Of a DNA stretch of 64,000 nt, positions 49,529-60,405 are shown in pieces. The DNA lies in the NCBI GenBank assembly GCA_963540515.1, contig CAUTNA010000001.1, forward strand, positions 5,420-69,419. Direction: 5' to 3'. Numbering within the stretch: position 1 is the first letter of the stretch; the number at the start of each line of letters is the position of its first letter. The stretch comes from an uncultured Alphaproteobacteria bacterium (GTDB lineage: Bacteria > Pseudomonadota > Alphaproteobacteria > Rs-D84). Below the pieces are notes generated by a model. The model had not been told where the DNA came from and did no database searches. It worked only from the letters and a program-made list of their open reading frames with translations. A program made the position numbers and the translations under genes.

Positions 49529-50617
49529 ATGTTAAGAAAACTTAAATTTTTCAATGTATTAAATTTATTGATACTATCTTTTATACTTACTTCATGCGAT
49601 CTCAGTGTTCAATTTTCTCAACGATCTAAAGAAGATTACGGAAATGAAACAAGAGTATCTTCTAATTTAGTAAAAACTTCTTTTTCTAATCTTCCTAATT
49701 GGAATAAAGATGATTTAAGATATGCTATGCAAGCTTTCAGAAATAGTTGTAAAGCTAAAATCCAATACTCTGGTAAAGTAGTACCAAATAGAAAATTATT
49801 CGAACAAAAATGTAATAATTTACCATCTCTTAATTCAAATAATAAAATAGTTAGAGAATGGTTTGAAAGAAACTTTGATGTTTATAAAGTTTATGATAAT
49901 TTTGGAAATTCTAAAGGTAAATTTACAGGTTATTATTCACCTATTATACCAGCTTGTAAAACACAAACATATTCTTGTAATGAACCTATTATGGGGCTGC
50001 CGACAGATGGAAGAAATTTTAAAGGAGTTCCTAAAAGAACAATCGTAAACAATAGAATTGGTAAAATTTTGTATTGGGCAAATTTAGTAGATGTTCAAAA
50101 TATACAAATACAAGGTAGTGGTATGCTTCGTCTTGAAGATGGAACACTTGTAAAACTAAATTTTGCAGGTGTAAATGATATGCCATTTAAATCTATTGGT
50201 GAACAATTAAAAGCAAAAGGTATACGACCAGATGGAGGATATTCTGCAGATTCTGTTTGGACATATTTAAAATCAAGACCAAGCCTTGCAAAAGAAGTAA
50301 TATACAACAATCAAAGGTATATATACTTTTATATTTCTGTACCACCAGAAGTAATCGGAAAACTTGGAACACCTCTTTCTAAAATACGTAGTATTGCTGT
50401 GGATGATTCCATATATACTTTAGGACTCCCTATGTATATAAATACAAATTTATCTGATGGAAGTAAATTTTCAAGACTTGTAATGGCACAAGATACGGGA
50501 AATGCAATAAAAGGATGGATACGTGCAGATATATTTTTTGGTACAGGAGATAAAGCATACAGAATTGCTCATGGTCAACACAGTGATGGTGAGATATATG
50601 TTTTAATGCCAAGGTAA
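49529..50617 (+). CDS. mltA: Membrane-bound lytic murein transglycosylase A
   Basis: Lipoprotein signal 'ILTSC', 'TGYYSP' MltA motif, and a C-terminal 3D-domain-like 'DTGNAIKG...ADIFFG'. Confidence 0.7.
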   Translation: MLRKLKFFNVLNLLILSFILTSCDLSVQFSQRSKEDYGNETRVSSNLVKTSFSNLPNWNKDDLRYAMQAFRNSCKAKIQYSGKVVPNRKLFEQKCNNLPSLNSNNKIVREWFERNFDVYKVYDNFGNSKGKFTGYYSPIIPACKTQTYSCNEPIMGLPTDGRNFKGVPKRTIVNNRIGKILYWANLVDVQNIQIQGSGMLRLEDGTLVKLNFAGVNDMPFKSIGEQLKAKGIRPDGGYSADSVWTYLKSRPSLAKEVIYNNQRYIYFYISVPPEVIGKLGTPLSKIRSIAVDDSIYTLGLPMYINTNLSDGSKFSRLVMAQDTGNAIKGWIRADIFFGTGDKAYRIAHGQHSDGEIYVLMPR

Positions 50618-50619
50618 GA

Positions 50620-50946
50620 ATGCAAGATAATAATAAATTATTAAAAAGAACTGAAAGTCCTCAAACATTAGCTTCAAGTTTGGGGACTGTTTTAAAAATA
50701 CTAAAAATTAGCGTATCTAGTTCTGATCTTGTAAATAATTGGAGTAAAGTTATAGGTGATGAATTATCAAATATGATAAAACTCAATACTATTACCAAAA
50801 CAACAGATAAAAAAATAAACATATCTATAAAATTATTAAACCCAGCTTTTTCATTAGAAATATCTTATAAACTAGATACTATCAAAGAAAAAATAAATAA
50901 ATTTTATGGGACAAATATTGTAAATAAAGTTTCAATAAAAAAATAA
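50620..50946 (+). CDS. DUF721/DciA-family protein
   Basis: 'LVNNWSKVIGDELSNMIKL' matches the DciA 'W..iVG..la' core. 108 aa. Confidence 0.5.
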   Translation: MQDNNKLLKRTESPQTLASSLGTVLKILKISVSSSDLVNNWSKVIGDELSNMIKLNTITKTTDKKINISIKLLNPAFSLEISYKLDTIKEKINKFYGTNIVNKVSIKK

Positions 50947-50951
50947 TTTGT

Positions 50952-51452
50952 TTAAGAAATTAATTTTGAAATGTTAGAATGAGTTATTGCAATTGCAATA
51001 GCATCAACCTCATCACTTGTTTTTTTATATCCTAAAAAAGCCTCTGGCATAAGTATATTAATCATTTTATAAACTTGTTCTTTATCTGCATGTCCAGATG
51101 CCGTTAAAGCCTTTTTTATTTTATTTGGTTCATATTCATAAATAGGAATATTTAAATTTGATACAGCAACAATTGCAGATGCACGAGCATGTCCAAGTAA
51201 TAAAGTAGTTTTTGGATTTTGATTTACAAATGTAATTTCTATAGAACATTCATTTGGTTTAAATAAATTACAAATCTCTGATATTTTGTTAAAAATAAAA
51301 CTTAATCTTTCTGGTAAATTTTTTTTAGGATCTGGTAATATTACACCACTATCAACATAAACTCTTTTACTTCCAATGTTATCAATAACGGCCCAACCAG
51401 TATGTAATAAACCAGGATCTATACCAATAATTCTTGTCATAAATTTAAGCAA
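50952..51452 (-). CDS. ruvC: Holliday junction resolvase RuvC
   Basis: 'IIGIDPGLLHTGWAVI' catalytic Asp region. 166 aa. Confidence 0.9.
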   Translation of the reverse strand: MLKFMTRIIGIDPGLLHTGWAVIDNIGSKRVYVDSGVILPDPKKNLPERLSFIFNKISEICNLFKPNECSIEITFVNQNPKTTLLLGHARASAIVAVSNLNIPIYEYEPNKIKKALTASGHADKEQVYKMINILMPEAFLGYKKTSDEVDAIAIAITHSNISKLIS

Positions 51453-52161
51453 CAGCAGCTATTACTTTTTGTACATCATCATTCTCTTCTAAACATTCAA
51501 CTAATTTTTCAAGTTTAGAATATGTTTCATCATCTACATCTACAGGAGAATTTGCTATCCAAGTAAGTTCTGCTTTGTCTGGTTCTCCAAGAACTTCTGA
51601 TAAAGTTTTTTGAACAGCCATAAAATTATCAACTTTTGTTGTAATTATATAACCATCTTCTGAGTTTTCTATATCTTCAGCTCCTGCATCCATAATTATT
51701 AACATCATATCATCTAAAGATTTATTAATAGTTATTGGATAGTATATTTGTCCAGCACGTGTAAATAAAAAAGCAACAGAATTTTCTTCAGACATATTTC
51801 CACCATTTTTTGAAAATATACTTCTGACTTCTGGAACAGTTCTTCGTGGGTTATCAGTCAAAGCTTCAACTATAATAGGAACGGCACCAGGACCATATCC
51901 TTCATACCTTACATATTCAAAATTTTCAACATTAGCACCACTTGCTTTTTCTATTGCTCTTTTAATATTATCGTTTGGCATAGAATTTTTACGAGCGTTT
52001 AAAACAGCTAATCTTAATCTTGGATTATTATCAGGATTAGAATCTCCTAATTTAGCTGCCATAGTTATTTCTCTTGCAAGTTTTGTAAATAACCCACTTC
52101 TTACAGCATCAGCTGCACCCTTTTTATGCATAATATTATGCCACTTACTATGTCCTGACAT
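51445..52161 (-). CDS. YebC/PmpR-family transcriptional regulator
   Basis: 'MSGHSKWHNIMHKKGAADAVR' is the canonical YebC N-terminus. Confidence 0.9.
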   Translation of the reverse strand: MSGHSKWHNIMHKKGAADAVRSGLFTKLAREITMAAKLGDSNPDNNPRLRLAVLNARKNSMPNDNIKRAIEKASGANVENFEYVRYEGYGPGAVPIIVEALTDNPRRTVPEVRSIFSKNGGNMSEENSVAFLFTRAGQIYYPITINKSLDDMMLIIMDAGAEDIENSEDGYIITTKVDNFMAVQKTLSEVLGEPDKAELTWIANSPVDVDDETYSKLEKLVECLEENDDVQKVIAAVA

Positions 52162-52213
52162 AAGTTTTGACCTTTCATTATTAATAAAGTAGTATTTTTG
52201 AAAAGGATAACAA

Positions 52214-52795
52214 ATGATAGCTAAATTGCAAGGAGTTGTTGATTATATTGAAGATGACTTCATAGTAATTATGATTGCTCAAATTGGTTATAAAGTATTT
52301 ACACCTTATTCGTTCAACATTGGAGAAAATGTATCTTTGTGGATAGAAACAATAGTTCGTGAAGATTATATTAAATTATTTGGATTTAAAACAAATTCCG
52401 AACAAGATCTTTTTAATTCTTTAATTTCTATATCATCTATAGGACCAAAACTGGCTTTATCAATTTTAAGATCTTTAAAATTAGATCTATTTTATAAAGC
52501 AATTATTTCACAGGACTATAAACTTATATCAAGTGTTCCAGGTGTTGGAAAAAAAATGGCTGAAAAAATATTATTGGAATTCAAATCCAAAACAGAATTA
52601 TTTAATTCAAGACAAATTATACAAGAAAATAGTAATTCATCAAATTATTCAGAATTGTTATCTGCACTAGAAGCACTTGGTTATAAAAGAATAGAAATTA
52701 CAAATTTAGTAGATGAAATAATTTCAGCCAATTCAAATCTAGAGCTAGAAAAATTAATTCCAATTGCATTAAAAAAAATAAGTGAATCAAAATGA
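52214..52795 (+). CDS. ruvA: Holliday junction DNA helicase subunit RuvA
   Basis: 'MIAKLQGVV' start, OB domain and HhH motifs 'GIGPKLAL...VPGVGKKMAEKI'. Confidence 0.85.
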   Translation: MIAKLQGVVDYIEDDFIVIMIAQIGYKVFTPYSFNIGENVSLWIETIVREDYIKLFGFKTNSEQDLFNSLISISSIGPKLALSILRSLKLDLFYKAIISQDYKLISSVPGVGKKMAEKILLEFKSKTELFNSRQIIQENSNSSNYSELLSALEALGYKRIEITNLVDEIISANSNLELEKLIPIALKKISESK

Positions 52796-54099
52796 ATGAT
52801 ACAATATACGCACTATCAAGTGCTAAAGGAAAAAGCGGTATATCTGTTATAAGAATAAGTGGAGAAAATCTTTATGATTTATTCACTAAATTATCTAATA
52901 AAAAAAAACCAAATCCAAGATTTGCATATTTTGTAAAATTGCTTGATTTAAATAATGAACTAATTGACGAATGTATTTGTATTTACTTCAAAAGCCCACA
53001 TTCATCAACTGGAGAAGATGTTATAGAAATACACCCTCATGGATCAAAAGCTGTAATAGATAAAATATTTAAACTTTTAGATAATTTGAACTTAAGAATT
53101 GCTGAACCAGGTGAATTTACAAAAAGAGCTTTTTATAATAACAAAATGAATTTAATAGAAGTTGATGGTCTTATCAATATATTAGAAGCCAAAACTGAAA
53201 AACAACATAAACTTGCAATATCTAACCTTACAGGTACAAATTCAGATATAATATCAATGTGGCGTAATGAAATGCTGGAAATATGTGCTTATTCTTCAGC
53301 TATATCTGATTATCCATCTGATGAATTACCAGATAATATTGAAGAAAATATAAAAAATAAAATTAAAAATTTATATATAAAAATTAATAAAGTTATATCT
53401 AATTTTGAAAATGTTAGTAAAATCCAAAACGGTATAAATATATCTATTATTGGTGAAACTAATGTTGGTAAATCATCTATATTTAATAAAATTATTGGAG
53501 AATCAAGAGCAATTATTTCTGATATTCCTGGAACAACTCGAGATGTTATAAGTGCAGATATTGATATTAATGGTTATCTAATTCATCTATCTGATACAGC
53601 TGGAATAAGAGAAACAAATGATACTATTGAAAATATAGGTATATCAAAAACATTTAATGAAATTGAAAAATCAGATATAATTTTAAAAGTTATTACTCCA
53701 AATAAAAATATAAAGGAAACAGATATTGATAAAAAAACTATACTAATAGTTAACAAATGTGATTTAGTAAAAGGACAAATAGAAAAAGAAAAAAATACAA
53801 TTTATTTGTCGGCTTCTGATAATATTGGTTTTGATACTTTAATAAATGCTATTACAAAAAAAATAGAAGAAAATATAGATACACAAGATAACTTCATTAT
53901 GATAACAAGAAGAGTAAGAGATTTACTAAATGATGCAGTTTATTGGTTAAAAACCTCAATATCAAATACAAGTATAGATTTTGATATTCTATCAGAGCAA
54001 ATAAAGTACGCATCAAATTCCCTTGGTAAAGCAACTGGAATTATAACTGTTGATGAAACAATGGATTTAATGTTTTCTTCACTTTGTCTTGGAAAATAA
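52792..54099 (+). CDS. mnmE: tRNA modification GTPase MnmE/TrmE
   Basis: G domain 'GETNVGKSS' and 'DTAG', with the C-terminal 'CLGK' motif. Confidence 0.9.
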   Translation: MNDTIYALSSAKGKSGISVIRISGENLYDLFTKLSNKKKPNPRFAYFVKLLDLNNELIDECICIYFKSPHSSTGEDVIEIHPHGSKAVIDKIFKLLDNLNLRIAEPGEFTKRAFYNNKMNLIEVDGLINILEAKTEKQHKLAISNLTGTNSDIISMWRNEMLEICAYSSAISDYPSDELPDNIEENIKNKIKNLYIKINKVISNFENVSKIQNGINISIIGETNVGKSSIFNKIIGESRAIISDIPGTTRDVISADIDINGYLIHLSDTAGIRETNDTIENIGISKTFNEIEKSDIILKVITPNKNIKETDIDKKTILIVNKCDLVKGQIEKEKNTIYLSASDNIGFDTLINAITKKIEENIDTQDNFIMITRRVRDLLNDAVYWLKTSISNTSIDFDILSEQIKYASNSLGKATGIITVDETMDLMFSSLCLGK

Positions 54100-55695
54100 T
54101 CAATCTCTGGACTCTGGATACAAACCATCTATAAGATTCTTTTTTACTACATGATGTTTAATCTTTTGAGTACTTGTAAGTGGTAGATCTTCATTTGTAA
54201 TAGCAAAATGAGTAACCCATTTATAACTAGCTATTTTTTTATTAGATAAAGATATTTGATCAAATATATAATCAAGACTTGTCCCATCTTCTACACTAAA
54301 TACAGCATAGGCAACAGCCTTATCTTTTAATCTATGTTCAAATACTGCAACATTTTTAACTTTTGGTATTTGAATATATAAAGCTTCTAATTCATCAGGG
54401 TAAACATTTTTCCCAGAATCTAAAACAATTACCTGTTTTTTTCTTCCTGCAAAATGCAACTCTCCATTTTTATCTAAACTAACTAAATCACCTGTATTAA
54501 AAAATCCTTTGTCATCAAAAGATTCTTTATTAACTTTATCATTATTCATATAACCATTAAATACTTGGTGCCCTTTAAGCCATAAAATACCAACACCATC
54601 TTCATTTTTATCTCTTATTTCAAACTCATTATTTAATGTTGTTGATCCAAACGCAAAAGGAAGTCTATTTTTAGTTGGCTTAGAAATACATATTGGACCA
54701 ACAGTTTCTGTTAATCCATAACCTTGTATAAAAGTAAGTCCAAGTCTCTCATAAAAAGTTTCGACCTCTGGTTTTGTAGCAGCACCTCCAGCAATTAATA
54801 ATCTTGCTTTTCCACCAAAAACATCAAGAATTTGTTGCTGAATTTTTTTAACTAAAAACCTTAAACCAATCTTTTCTAAAATTTTTCCATATTTTAAAAT
54901 TATTGATACTAACCACCATTTATTTTTTGACTTAACTGTATCAATTATTTTATTTCTAAATACCTCCCAAACTCTTGGAACTGCAGGTATTATATTTGGT
55001 TTAAATTTAGCAAAATCATCTAATATTTCTTTTGGATTTACAGTTGGTTGTAATAAAACACTTGCTCCATAATGAATTGTTGCAAGTAATTCAACAGCAA
55101 AACCAAAAACATGATACATAGGTAAAAATCCATACATTATATCCCCTGGTTTAATCCACTTATTCATAGATTCTAAAGAATTTGAACATTCAATAAGATT
55201 AAAATGAGTAAGTGGAACTATTTTAGGTATTCCAGTAGAACCTGATGTAAAAGATAAAGTTGCTATATCAAAAGCTTCTATAAATTCTGGTTTTAAATTA
55301 TTATTTATTTCTTTGTCTTTTACACAAATATCAAAAAATTTAAAATCATCCGTTTTAAAAAATAATTTTTTTTCACCATAAACAAACTTACAATCTGTAA
55401 GATTTGTCATATTTGTATATTCTAGAGGTGTTAAATTTGTATCTAACAACAAACATTTGCCACCCAAATACCATATAGCAAAAAGAGTTATTGGAAATTC
55501 TGGTATATTATGAGAAAGAATACCAACAACATCACCTTTTGAGACACCATCTTTATGTAAAGTATTTGCTCTTAATTTTACAAGATATAAAAATTCACTG
55601 TATGATATATTTTCTCTAAGTAGAAAAGTTTGATCTCCGTATTTTTCTACAGTCTTTTCCAATAATTGAAACATATTCATATGATAACTCCACAA
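54100..55695 (-). CDS. AMP-dependent synthetase/ligase (acyl-CoA ligase family)
   Basis: 'FTSGSTGIPK' AMP-binding motif, 'YGLTET', and a C-terminal 'GD'-'GR'-'K' region. Confidence 0.75.
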   Translation of the reverse strand: MWSYHMNMFQLLEKTVEKYGDQTFLLRENISYSEFLYLVKLRANTLHKDGVSKGDVVGILSHNIPEFPITLFAIWYLGGKCLLLDTNLTPLEYTNMTNLTDCKFVYGEKKLFFKTDDFKFFDICVKDKEINNNLKPEFIEAFDIATLSFTSGSTGIPKIVPLTHFNLIECSNSLESMNKWIKPGDIMYGFLPMYHVFGFAVELLATIHYGASVLLQPTVNPKEILDDFAKFKPNIIPAVPRVWEVFRNKIIDTVKSKNKWWLVSIILKYGKILEKIGLRFLVKKIQQQILDVFGGKARLLIAGGAATKPEVETFYERLGLTFIQGYGLTETVGPICISKPTKNRLPFAFGSTTLNNEFEIRDKNEDGVGILWLKGHQVFNGYMNNDKVNKESFDDKGFFNTGDLVSLDKNGELHFAGRKKQVIVLDSGKNVYPDELEALYIQIPKVKNVAVFEHRLKDKAVAYAVFSVEDGTSLDYIFDQISLSNKKIASYKWVTHFAITNEDLPLTSTQKIKHHVVKKNLIDGLYPESRD

Positions 55696-55758
55696 TAAAA
55701 ACTACTTTAATTAATTGTAATATTGTGTATTATAGATGTAAAAAAAAGATATTCAAAT

Positions 55759-56526
55759 ATGAAAATACTGACTTTAAATATTAACTCAATACGAGCTCAT
55801 ATAAATAGCCTAATAAAAATATTAAAAGAAGGATATTATGACACTATTTTATTACAAGAATTAAAAGTAGATAATCATAATTTTCCATACATTTTATTAG
55901 ATGAATTTGGATATAATATCAAAGTATTTGGTCAAAAAACATGGAATGGTGTTGCTATACTTTCAAAATATTCAGTTGAGGATGTAATTTATGGTCTTCC
56001 AAATTTTATAGATGAAAATTCTCGTCTAATTGAAGCTGTAGTTAATGGGAATATTCGTTTAATAAATGTGTATATGCCAAATGGGGATAACATAGAATCA
56101 CCAAAATTTGAATATAAATTAAAATGGATGAATAGTTTTACAGAATATATTAATACTTATTTAAAATCAGATGAGAATGTTATAATAGCAGGTGATTTTA
56201 ATGTATCAATAACCGATAATGATATCTGGAATCCTAAAAATTATATTGGTTCAAGTATATCAGCAGTAGAAGCTCGTAATATTATGCAAAATTGGCTTGA
56301 TAGTGGTTGGGTTGACGAATGGAGAAAAAGACACCCGACAGATATTGGTTATACTTGGTATGGATACAGAGGCTTTAACAGTTTAGAAAAAAATCAAGGA
56401 CTTAGACTTGATTATTTCCTTACAAATTTATCTGCACAAAAAATTATAAAAAAATGTGAGATAGATTTATCACCAAGAAAAGAAAATAAACCAACAGATC
56501 ATTGTGGACTTTATTTAGAAATATAA
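55759..56526 (+). CDS. xth: Exodeoxyribonuclease III
   Basis: 'MKILTLNINSIRA' start, 'LQELK', 'GDFNV', and 'DHC' at the C-terminus. Start set at the internal Met. Confidence 0.85.
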   Translation: MKILTLNINSIRAHINSLIKILKEGYYDTILLQELKVDNHNFPYILLDEFGYNIKVFGQKTWNGVAILSKYSVEDVIYGLPNFIDENSRLIEAVVNGNIRLINVYMPNGDNIESPKFEYKLKWMNSFTEYINTYLKSDENVIIAGDFNVSITDNDIWNPKNYIGSSISAVEARNIMQNWLDSGWVDEWRKRHPTDIGYTWYGYRGFNSLEKNQGLRLDYFLTNLSAQKIIKKCEIDLSPRKENKPTDHCGLYLEI

Positions 56527-59022
56527 TTAATTTTCTAATCTGTACAAATCATCATAGATTTTATATCTACGATCGCTTGTTATGAAATATTCATATTCTG
56601 TAAAATCCTTTGAATATATTGCAAATAATTCTTTAATCTTTTCTATTGATGCCTTTATAAATTTATAAGCAACTTCACCTCTATATAGAACAGGTTTTAT
56701 TTTTTTATTTTTTAATTGTAAAAACTCTATAATTGGACAAATATCTGAAGAATTATACTTAATTGGAAAACCAGAATTTTGAAGAATAAAAGCCTCAATT
56801 GGAAGTTGTGGAGAGTTTCCATTTTCTAAAGATTTTTGAGATGGAACTTCTCCAGTTTTTATATCAACTACTCTATCACTTAAAACAATGTCTGCTCTTG
56901 CTTCTACTGTTCTTCCTGAAATTATAACCTTACCCTTTATTTCTGTTGCTGCGCCTATTTTATCACCAAGCAAATCTGGTATTCTCTGTACTATATTTTC
57001 AAATCTTTTATTCCAAAACTGAAATATAATATTGTTTTCAGAAAGTTCATATTTATTTAATACATCTTTTGCTGATTTTCGAAAAATCTCTAAAACATTT
57101 ATATTGGGATTTTTTACATAATCTTCCAATATAGAATGTACTAATATTCCAAAATCCTTATAACTTTGATTTTCAAAGTAATCTTCTTTATATTTTAATT
57201 TTAATATATGCTTAACATAAAAAGCATAAGGATTATGAACAAGAAAATCTAAATCTGTAACAAATACATTTGATTTATCAGACAAAGGAGCTGCTACTGT
57301 CTTTATAAGAGGTAAATATTTAATATTATTTTTATCTAAAACTTTCTTTAAATAAAAATCATTATCTGTAATATTCTTTTGAGTTTCTTCATATATTAAA
57401 TTTGCACGAGATAAAAAACGACTTTCTATAGTCTTTACACTATCAGATACTCTACTTCTCAACCAATAAACATCTGGTGCACATGATAAATTTATAAAAT
57501 CAAGTGATGATATGGAAATTGATTTTTCTGTTAAAACACCAATTTTTTTAAGTATATTTTTAGGCAACCAATAATCTTTTGATACAGAAGGAAATTCTTT
57601 TTCATTTAAACTTGATATAACTACTATATCTGCTTTTTGCATTCTAGATTCTAAACTGCTTAGGACAGAAACTTTTCTTTCTATAAATTGTTCATTTATA
57701 TATATATTAGATAGCAAATATGAAATTATTAATCTTGCATCACAATCTTCTAAGTGAATTTTATATTTTGAAAATATACTAGAGATATTTTTTAATTCTC
57801 TTAAAATTTTTGCTATCTCTGGTTTATTGTAATCAAACCCTGGTTCTAATTTATCAAAATTTTTATCTATTAAAGATAATATTGTTAAATATAAATTTTT
57901 ATTGCTTAAATTATATTCTAATAAAAAATCATTTTTGTTTTTTTCTATAAAAGAATCTAACAAATTTAAAATAGATCTTCCCAAAAAAGAGAATTCACAA
58001 GATTCTTTAACAGAAAAATTAGCATCTATTAAATTATTTATAAAAGATTGTTTTAATCTTTCTATTATTGAATTATTTGGAACAACTATTAAAACATTTT
58101 TATTTTCTTTTACAGCTTCTTTAGTAACTTCTGTAATATAACTTACTTCATCAGATTGTTTATCAAACTCAATAAGTTTTTTCTTTGGTCTTTTATCAAT
58201 ATTAATAAATGAATTTCTAAAAGCTAAATTTAAATAATCTATATTAGATTCTTCATTTAATTCAATTTCTTGTAAAGAAGATATTGATATATTCAAATCT
58301 TTTAATAATTTATATTCTAAATAATATGGATTAGTTTCTAATTCTAAATCTTCTTCCGAACCAGATATTTTTCCAGGTAAAATAATATGACTATTATTTT
58401 TTTCTGCAATATATTTTATTAAATCGAATTCAAAAACGTTAGAAGGAATAACTCCACAAACATATACTTTTTTGTATCTATCTAAAATATCTTTCGATAA
58501 TAAAATATTTAAATTTCTTTTCTTTTGCTGCGTTATCTTATTTTGAATAATATCTTTTAATACCCTAGAAGTATAGTTGATGTATTTAGCTTTTATTTGA
58601 AAAAACTTTGAATAATCTTTTCCTATTAACTTTAACCAGTCAAGATTTGATATATCTATATTTTCACTTTCTAAATTATTTTTAATAGAAATTATTTCTT
58701 TTGATATAGGTAATGAAAAAGAAAAAGTTCCTATAGATGGTATTCTTTTTAAAAATATGGATAATATTATTGTCTGTTCTAAATCACTAATACTATCTGC
58801 TTCTAAATTATTATTAGAATCACTTTCTTGACCAAGAACCATAAATTTAGGGAGTACACAAGAACCTCCTATTTTATCAACAATAAATTTTTCATAAGTC
58901 TTAATTGCTCTAAGTGTTGGTAAAAATATTATACAATCTGATAAACAATCTATATCAGACTCTAATAATTTCCACAAAGCATCCTGTAAATTTGATGGAT
59001 TAGATGAATAATAAAAATTCAT
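56527..59022 (-). CDS. AddB-like PD-(D/E)xK nuclease family protein (no helicase motifs)
   Basis: C-terminal RecB-type nuclease motif 'GRTVEARADIVLSDRVVDIKTG' (GxIDRxD...vDyKTG). 831 aa. No addA adjacent. Confidence 0.5.
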   Translation of the reverse strand: MNFYYSSNPSNLQDALWKLLESDIDCLSDCIIFLPTLRAIKTYEKFIVDKIGGSCVLPKFMVLGQESDSNNNLEADSISDLEQTIILSIFLKRIPSIGTFSFSLPISKEIISIKNNLESENIDISNLDWLKLIGKDYSKFFQIKAKYINYTSRVLKDIIQNKITQQKKRNLNILLSKDILDRYKKVYVCGVIPSNVFEFDLIKYIAEKNNSHIILPGKISGSEEDLELETNPYYLEYKLLKDLNISISSLQEIELNEESNIDYLNLAFRNSFINIDKRPKKKLIEFDKQSDEVSYITEVTKEAVKENKNVLIVVPNNSIIERLKQSFINNLIDANFSVKESCEFSFLGRSILNLLDSFIEKNKNDFLLEYNLSNKNLYLTILSLIDKNFDKLEPGFDYNKPEIAKILRELKNISSIFSKYKIHLEDCDARLIISYLLSNIYINEQFIERKVSVLSSLESRMQKADIVVISSLNEKEFPSVSKDYWLPKNILKKIGVLTEKSISISSLDFINLSCAPDVYWLRSRVSDSVKTIESRFLSRANLIYEETQKNITDNDFYLKKVLDKNNIKYLPLIKTVAAPLSDKSNVFVTDLDFLVHNPYAFYVKHILKLKYKEDYFENQSYKDFGILVHSILEDYVKNPNINVLEIFRKSAKDVLNKYELSENNIIFQFWNKRFENIVQRIPDLLGDKIGAATEIKGKVIISGRTVEARADIVLSDRVVDIKTGEVPSQKSLENGNSPQLPIEAFILQNSGFPIKYNSSDICPIIEFLQLKNKKIKPVLYRGEVAYKFIKASIEKIKELFAIYSKDFTEYEYFITSDRRYKIYDDLYRLEN

Positions 59023-59570
59023 TTTACACCTATAATTTCACGTAATCTATCTATACCAAGTCTTGTTTTAGATGAAGTTTCTAATATTTCTTCTTTCATA
59101 GTTATATGGATACTTGTATCTATATTTAAACTATATTTTTCTTTTACTTTCTTATCTTTTTTGGTTAAAACAAGTTGATAATTTATTCTATAAAAATCAC
59201 AAAATTTTATAAATTCGATATCTGAATTTTTAAGTCCTATTCTTGAATCAATTAAAATAAAAAGAAGTTTTAAATCTTTTTTCTTTAAATATTCTTCTAG
59301 TCTTAAATTCCAATATTTTCTATCAGATTTTGATGCTACAGCATAACCATAACCAGGTAAATCAACTAAAATAACTTTATCATTAATATTAAATAAATTT
59401 ATATTTCTTGTCCTTCCTGGTGTTTTTGATATCCTCGCAATAGTTCTATCAACAATAGAATTTATAAGAGAAGATTTACCAACATTACTTCTTCCTATAA
59501 AAGCATATTTATCTAAAGAAATACTTGGAATACTATTAATATTATCAAAACTTCCAATAAAACTTATCAT
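59019..59570 (-). CDS. engB: Ribosome biogenesis GTPase EngB/YihA
   Basis: 'AFIGRSNVGKSSLIN' G1, 'DLPGYG' G3, 'TKKD' G4. Confidence 0.85.
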   Translation of the reverse strand: MISFIGSFDNINSIPSISLDKYAFIGRSNVGKSSLINSIVDRTIARISKTPGRTRNINLFNINDKVILVDLPGYGYAVASKSDRKYWNLRLEEYLKKKDLKLLFILIDSRIGLKNSDIEFIKFCDFYRINYQLVLTKKDKKVKEKYSLNIDTSIHITMKEEILETSSKTRLGIDRLREIIGVK

Positions 59571-59573
59571 ATA

Positions 59574-60359
59574 TTATTTATTAACCAATTTATTATATAT
59601 TTCTTTTTTTGAAACACCTAACTCTTTAGAATATTTAAAAGACAAATCTTTAACAGACATATCCTTAGATATATCATCAATTATACTAGATATTTCAGAA
59701 CTTAATAACCTGACTTCTTTTGCAGGTTCTATTACTATAACTATTTCACCTTTTAAATTTAAATCTATAAGATCTGCAGGGTATCCTATAATAGTTTCTT
59801 CATGAATTTTTGTTATTTCTCTTACAATTGCAATTCGTCTTTCTGGCATAAATTGAGATAAAATCTTAATAGTTTTATTAATTCTTTTAGGACTCTCATA
59901 ATATATAATAGTATGTCTTATTTTATTATCGTCTTTAACTTTCTTTTCATCAAAAAAACCACAAAAAGTAAATCTATCTGTAGGAAAGCCAGATAAAACA
60001 AGAGCTGATATAACAGCTGTTGGACCAGGAATAATAAAAACATCTAAATTTTTATCTCTACACTCTTTAATTAATCTATAACCAGGATCACTAATAGAGG
60101 GCATACCACAATCAGTAACAATCGCAATTGACAATCCATTTTCTAACTTTTCTATTATATCTGGGATCATTTCTTTTTCATTATGTTCATGAAATGATAT
60201 TTTTTTTGTACTTATATTAAATTTAGTAGACAATTTTGAAAAAACTCTGGTATCTTCTGACAAAATCAAATTAACATTTTTTAAAGTATCAATAGCTCTA
60301 CTTGATATATCAGACATATTTCCTATTGGAGTTCCTATTACATAAAGCCCTGATTGCAT
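59574..60359 (-). CDS. rsmI: 16S rRNA (cytidine1402-2'-O)-methyltransferase RsmI
   Basis: 'LYVIGTPIGN..DIS.RA...L' tetrapyrrole-methylase fold start and 'SDAG.P.ISDPG'-like 'TDCGMPSISDPG'. Confidence 0.85.
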   Translation of the reverse strand: MQSGLYVIGTPIGNMSDISSRAIDTLKNVNLILSEDTRVFSKLSTKFNISTKKISFHEHNEKEMIPDIIEKLENGLSIAIVTDCGMPSISDPGYRLIKECRDKNLDVFIIPGPTAVISALVLSGFPTDRFTFCGFFDEKKVKDDNKIRHTIIYYESPKRINKTIKILSQFMPERRIAIVREITKIHEETIIGYPADLIDLNLKGEIVIVIEPAKEVRLLSSEISSIIDDISKDMSVKDLSFKYSKELGVSKKEIYNKLVNK

Positions 60360-60405
60360 TAAAAATCCTTTTATTATAGAATACTACAAAAAACAGGTTT
60401 TTCAA

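Noticed and set aside
52796-52800. Absence of ruvB after ruvA as a deletion or pseudogene signal
   Set aside because: ruvA's stop overlaps mnmE's start cleanly (ATGA) with no remnant ORF. ruvB is most likely elsewhere in the genome. Nothing in the sequence indicates gene decay here.
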